NCBI GenBank assembly: GCA_024330965.1
Contig: JANDJL010000003.1
Location: forward strand, 95,579-159,578
Length of the DNA: 64,000 nt
Reading direction: 5' to 3'
Source of the DNA: Nitrospira sp.
GTDB taxonomy: Bacteria; Nitrospirota; Nitrospiria; Nitrospirales; Nitrospiraceae
Position 1 is the first letter of the stretch. Each line of letters opens with the position of its first letter. This document shows, one piece after another, positions 60,022-64,000 of this stretch. Under the pieces are notes generated by a model. That model did no database searches. It saw only the letters and a program-made list of their open reading frames with translations, and was not told the DNA's origin. The position numbers and the translations under genes are program-made.

Positions 60022-60177
60022 ATGGACGAGGACGACATTGAACTACCGGTGCTTCCGCACCTTGATAAGGGACCACCCCCTGATTGTCCGATCTGTGGTG
60101 ATCCCATGTCTTTTGTTGATGGCGACTGGGCCTGCGTCGACTGTAACGGTGAACTGCTGGGACCTGAGACCGGCTGA
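60022..60177 (+). CDS. small zinc-ribbon protein (51 aa, below the ORF-track cutoff)
   Basis: Manual translation gives MDEDDIELPVLPHLDKGPPPDCPICGDPMSFVDGDWACVDCNGELLGPETG, with CPxC...CxxC. It starts 5 nt after the previous stop. Confidence 0.45.
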   Translation: MDEDDIELPVLPHLDKGPPPDCPICGDPMSFVDGDWACVDCNGELLGPETG

Positions 60178-60276
60178 CCATTCGCCGTTTGCCGACCGTC
60201 GAACAGACAAGCGGACAAGTTGAGCTTGTCGTGCCGCCAGGTGCCTCATGCCCCTTGACGATCTGCGACACTTCCC

Positions 60277-63200
60277 ATGCTGAAGGTCGTCACCGGTCGA
60301 TTCCATCCCACCCTTGAATCATCGCTGGTTGATCGGGTCAGGCGGCTCAAGGCCGAAGATCCCTTGGTCCCGCTCGCGATCATTGCTCCCTCCAATCACC
60401 TGGCCGACCGTCTTCGGACCCTCTTCGCCGTCGAACATCGGCTGTCGCTGCTCAATCTGCACGTCTTGACCTTTCATCAGCTTGCCCTCCGCCTGGCCGA
60501 TGAATGGAAGGCCGAGCATGTGTTGCCACGCGTCGTTGACGAACTGTTTTTTGAACAGGTGATTCGTTTTCTGGTTTGCCACAGGCTCTCGCGGCATGAG
60601 CCGTTTCGGCGGCTCGGGCGCGCGGCTGGGACCTGGGGCGCGCTCTGGGCGACGATCCGCGATTTGAAAGACGCACTCGTCGATCCCGACCATATGATGC
60701 GGGGATTGTGCGAAGGCTGCTTCGAAGAGGAGGACCGTGAATGGCTGGAAGCGCTCGCGGCGCTCTTCGCGGCCGTCAGGGAGTCCGGTCGAACGTTGGG
60801 GGTCGGAACGCAAAACGATCTCGCCGAGCACCTCGTTTCTTATGTGCCGGCATCATCGTTTCTCCGGCTGTTCAAAGAAGTGTTCTATTATGGATTCTAT
60901 GATCTGACGCAGGTCCAACTCTCGTTCTTCGAGGCTGTGAGCCGCGCGAAGGACACGACCCTGTTTTTTCCGTTGGAAGGTGATCCGGCCTATGACTTTG
61001 CACGGCGCTTCTTCGATCGCTGCATCAGGCCGTTAGCGGCGACGATTGACTCCGGCTCGGCATCCGACGGGGATTCCTCCGCTCACATCAATCATGCGGT
61101 GTGCCTTGCTATCCGGAACGTGATCGGTCCGCAAGAAGAATTGGCTGCGGCTTGCCGGACGATCCTTGAGCTGGTCGAAACCAACGGTTATCGGTTCGAC
61201 GAGATCGGCGTCGTGGCCCGCACCCTCGATCCCTATGGTCCGCATCTTCAGTCGGTCTTTGATCGACATCGAGTGCCGTTTCGCACGACGGCGTCTCGGT
61301 CGTTGATAGAAGAGCCGGTGTGCAAAGTCATCGTGCAGCTTCTCTCGTTGCCGTTGAACGAGTGGTATGCGCCGTCGGTGCTCGATGTCGTGACGTCCCC
61401 CCTTTATGCAAGCGATCTATTCGATGGCCGCTCGCCAGCTTATAGACCGGAGCAATGGAAACTCGCGGTGCAGGCCCTATGCATCACCCGCGGAACGGAG
61501 GAATGGAAGCGGCTGGATCTGATCAATCGAGAGGGTATGGTACTCGGCGGCGAAGAAAGCCCGCTCGATTCTTTGGCGATTGTGCCGGAAACGTTGGTGT
61601 TGCTCCGACAGGTCGTTGCCGAATTGGTGGATGACTGTTCTACGTTGCCGTCCAAGGGAACCATCGGTCAGTTAGTGGAGGCCTGTCGAACTTTGGTTGA
61701 TCGGCGCATTCGTTGGTTGAATGTGGAAGCGAACCCGAATGATCCGAACGTTGCTCGTCCGACCATGATAGGGACCGCACTCGATCGAATCTGGATCACC
61801 CTTCTGGAATTGGAGCCGCTCAATGAAGAGCTGACGTGGGCCGAGTTCGTCGATGTGCTGACGCGCGCCATCGAAAAGACCAGGGTGCCGGTCGTTTCCT
61901 CTTGTGGCGCTGGAGTGATGGTGTCTGATGTCATGGCCGCTCGTGGGGTGCCGTTCACGGCATTGTTCCTTCTGGGATTGAACGATCAAATCTTCCCCCG
62001 CTCCATTCGAGAGGACGGATTTCTGCGGGACCGTCATCGTCGTGTGCTGGATGCCACGTTGGGATTCAAGATCGATGAAAAACTGGCGGCCTATGAGGAA
62101 GAGCGGTTGCTGTTTCACCTGTCATGCCGGTCGGTAAGGCAAAGGCTTTATCTCTCGTATCAACGGGCTGATGAGTCGGGCCGCCTGTTGGCGGCATCGC
62201 CGTATCTTGACGAGGTCGCCCGGCTGTTTGGGGTTGAAGCGTGCGAGGTGGATGTGGTGCCGCGCCGTTTGACGGATCGATTGCGCAGGCGTCCGGCGGA
62301 ACACACCTTTATCGCGCCGGCCGAGCTCATTCAATGGTTGGCTCTGGGCGGCAAGGACCCGACCGACTTGATCAAGGCGCTGGGTCGTGATGGAGAAATG
62401 TTTCGGCACGCGGCTGAGGCCCTTGGCCGGATTGAGGTGGATGGACACGATCTGAGCGAGTTTGACGGACTGACCGGCAATCTTGAACTCCATTGGCGAC
62501 GCCTGCTCGATCAAGGAATGGCTCCGACTCCGCTCGAACGGTATGCCCGCTGTCCCTTCCAGTATTTCGCGGCCGATGTGCTGCGGCTGGAAACGGTCCG
62601 TGTGGTGATCGAACCGGGACCGGACGCCGCTCTCGTCGGGAGCCTCTGCCACGCCGCGCTGCGGTACTGTTACGAACGACTCGTGCAAGCCGGATGGCCT
62701 GTTGAACGGGTCAAGGAAGATGAACTGAAACAGGTGATTGTTTCGTCCGTCGAACAGGCTGCAGAGATGCTGGAGAACCGGCAAGGTGTGGGACCCTATC
62801 TCCTCTGGGAAATGGCGAAGGAGTCGGTCTATCAGCTTGTGCGCGAGGCGGTGGTCTCGGATGAAGAGGAACAAGCCGAGCAACCGTACAGTCCCATTGC
62901 GTTCGAGGTGGAGGGAGAAGGGGTCGTCCTTGGCATACTCGATGGGGAGCCACTGAAGGTACGAGGCCGGATCGATCGATTGGACCGGCATCGGGTATCA
63001 GGTGACCTGCGCATTATCGATTACAAGGTGAAGCTCGGTTCGAGCATGAAACCGGAGGACCGGAATCTCGTGCAATCGGCGGTCCGTGGTTTTCGGCTGC
63101 AACCGCCGCTCTACAGTTGTTTCTCTTTCCCGGAACAACCCGCGCCGAGCCTCGTGCAGTTCCTTTTTCTTGCCCCGCAGTGGTCTCCCAGAATCAGCCG

Positions 63201-63444
63201 CTCGATCTTCGAGACGTCTGTGTGGCCGTCCGATGTCGGCCGTCTGATTCGGAAGACGGTGAGCGAACTGGTTCGAGGGATCCGGGATGGAAGGTTTTTT
63301 ATTCTGCCGGACGGTTATTGCGACGGCTGTCTCTACCGGACTGTTTGCCGGCGGGAACATGGTCCCACGTGGTGGAGGGCCTATCATGCGGATGAATCGA
63401 AATCGCTGAAGGCGATACGGAAACAGAAAACGAACCATGAGTGA
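60277..63444 (+). CDS. addB: AddB-type helicase-nuclease subunit (PD-(D/E)XK nuclease with Fe-S cysteines)
   Basis: 1055-aa ORF with a degenerate N-terminal helicase-like domain. The C-terminal nuclease has GRIDRLD...RIIDYKV, and the Cys set is RCPFQYF...CDGCLYRTVC. Confidence 0.85.
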   Translation: MLKVVTGRFHPTLESSLVDRVRRLKAEDPLVPLAIIAPSNHLADRLRTLFAVEHRLSLLNLHVLTFHQLALRLADEWKAEHVLPRVVDELFFEQVIRFLVCHRLSRHEPFRRLGRAAGTWGALWATIRDLKDALVDPDHMMRGLCEGCFEEEDREWLEALAALFAAVRESGRTLGVGTQNDLAEHLVSYVPASSFLRLFKEVFYYGFYDLTQVQLSFFEAVSRAKDTTLFFPLEGDPAYDFARRFFDRCIRPLAATIDSGSASDGDSSAHINHAVCLAIRNVIGPQEELAAACRTILELVETNGYRFDEIGVVARTLDPYGPHLQSVFDRHRVPFRTTASRSLIEEPVCKVIVQLLSLPLNEWYAPSVLDVVTSPLYASDLFDGRSPAYRPEQWKLAVQALCITRGTEEWKRLDLINREGMVLGGEESPLDSLAIVPETLVLLRQVVAELVDDCSTLPSKGTIGQLVEACRTLVDRRIRWLNVEANPNDPNVARPTMIGTALDRIWITLLELEPLNEELTWAEFVDVLTRAIEKTRVPVVSSCGAGVMVSDVMAARGVPFTALFLLGLNDQIFPRSIREDGFLRDRHRRVLDATLGFKIDEKLAAYEEERLLFHLSCRSVRQRLYLSYQRADESGRLLAASPYLDEVARLFGVEACEVDVVPRRLTDRLRRRPAEHTFIAPAELIQWLALGGKDPTDLIKALGRDGEMFRHAAEALGRIEVDGHDLSEFDGLTGNLELHWRRLLDQGMAPTPLERYARCPFQYFAADVLRLETVRVVIEPGPDAALVGSLCHAALRYCYERLVQAGWPVERVKEDELKQVIVSSVEQAAEMLENRQGVGPYLLWEMAKESVYQLVREAVVSDEEEQAEQPYSPIAFEVEGEGVVLGILDGEPLKVRGRIDRLDRHRVSGDLRIIDYKVKLGSSMKPEDRNLVQSAVRGFRLQPPLYSCFSFPEQPAPSLVQFLFLAPQWSPRISRSIFETSVWPSDVGRLIRKTVSELVRGIRDGRFFILPDGYCDGCLYRTVCRREHGPTWWRAYHADESKSLKAIRKQKTNHE

Positions 63445-64000
63445 CCGTCCCCCGCTACCGGATCGCGCCGCCCGCGAGGCGGCGGAAACGACCTTTGATC
63501 GGAACGTCGTTGTCATCGCCGGAGCGGGAACCGGCAAGACGACCTTGCTTGTGAATCGGCTGGTGCATCTGCTTGTCAAGCAACCGGAGCCGATTCCGAT
63601 CATGAACATCGTGGCCTTGACGTTCACCAACAAGGCCGCGACCGAGATGAAAGTACGGTTGCGCGAGCGCTTGACGGTTCTTGCCCAGCCACATCGGGCC
63701 TCGGTGCGATCGAGCGACGGAGGATCCCTGTCATACGGAGAGATTGAAGCCCGCTACGGTCTCGCTCCTGAGGCCGTCGCCACGTTGGCTCGGGCGGCCC
63801 TTGTCGATCTGGAAAAAGCGCAAATCGGCACGCTCCACAGTTTCGCGGCTCATCTGTTGCGACTCCATGCGCTGGAGAGCGGAGTCGATCCCGAGTTTCA
63901 AGAAGACGACGGCTTGCGATTCGACGAACACTTCACCGCTTCATGGGATCTCTGGTTGGATCGGGAGCTGAGTCCTTCTGGATCTCATCATGGGCTGTGG
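63437..64000 (+). CDS. addA: UvrD/AddA-type helicase, N-terminal part (runs off the window)
   Basis: Manual translation from the ATG at 63437 (8-nt overlap with addB) gives MSDRPPLPD...VVIAGAGTGKTTLLVNR...ALTFTNKAATEM...IGTLHSFA, i.e. UvrD motifs I, Ia and II region. Confidence 0.85.
   Translation, partial: MSDRPPLPDRAAREAAETTFDRNVVVIAGAGTGKTTLLVNRLVHLLVKQPEPIPIMNIVALTFTNKAATEMKVRLRERLTVLAQPHRASVRSSDGGSLSYGEIEARYGLAPEAVATLARAALVDLEKAQIGTLHSFAAHLLRLHALESGVDPEFQEDDGLRFDEHFTASWDLWLDRELSPSGSHHGLW

Overview
This is a GC-rich chromosomal segment from a diderm bacterium. The diderm call rests on the Lnt/LolDE lipoprotein pathway, AmpG, RlpA, a PEP-CTERM protein and an outer-membrane barrel. Gene content resembles Nitrospirota-type genomes, but taxonomy cannot be proven from the sequence alone.

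I support about 55 protein genes, and most are housekeeping:
- ltaE, lon, miaB + mtaB and ampG
- B12-dependent nrdJ with NrdR boxes, and ligA
- a complete trpEGDCFBA operon
- lolD-lolE-lysS-prfB-lnt, where prfB carries the classical +1 frameshift that the ORF track splits
- addB/addA at the right edge

I saw no rRNA, tRNA, CRISPR array, transposase or integrase.

The most unusual content is:
1. A translationally coupled six-gene cassette (3814-7066). It encodes uncharacterised small proteins, including a tandem paralogue pair, and ends in a TPR protein.
2. A bacterial type IIB topoisomerase (Topo VI B+A) operon followed 36 nt later by an SF2 helicase (52494-57301). It sits behind a ~500 nt structured non-coding leader.
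3. A ProA-like gene in which the catalytic cysteine and other signature residues are replaced.
4. A rearrangement scar of permuted repeats around an orphan 328-aa ORF, next to a frameshifted PEP-CTERM gene.

Several short tandem repeats and candidate operator motifs are also listed. All calls come from reading the translations and the DNA by eye. Start codons are best guesses, and no database search or computation was run.
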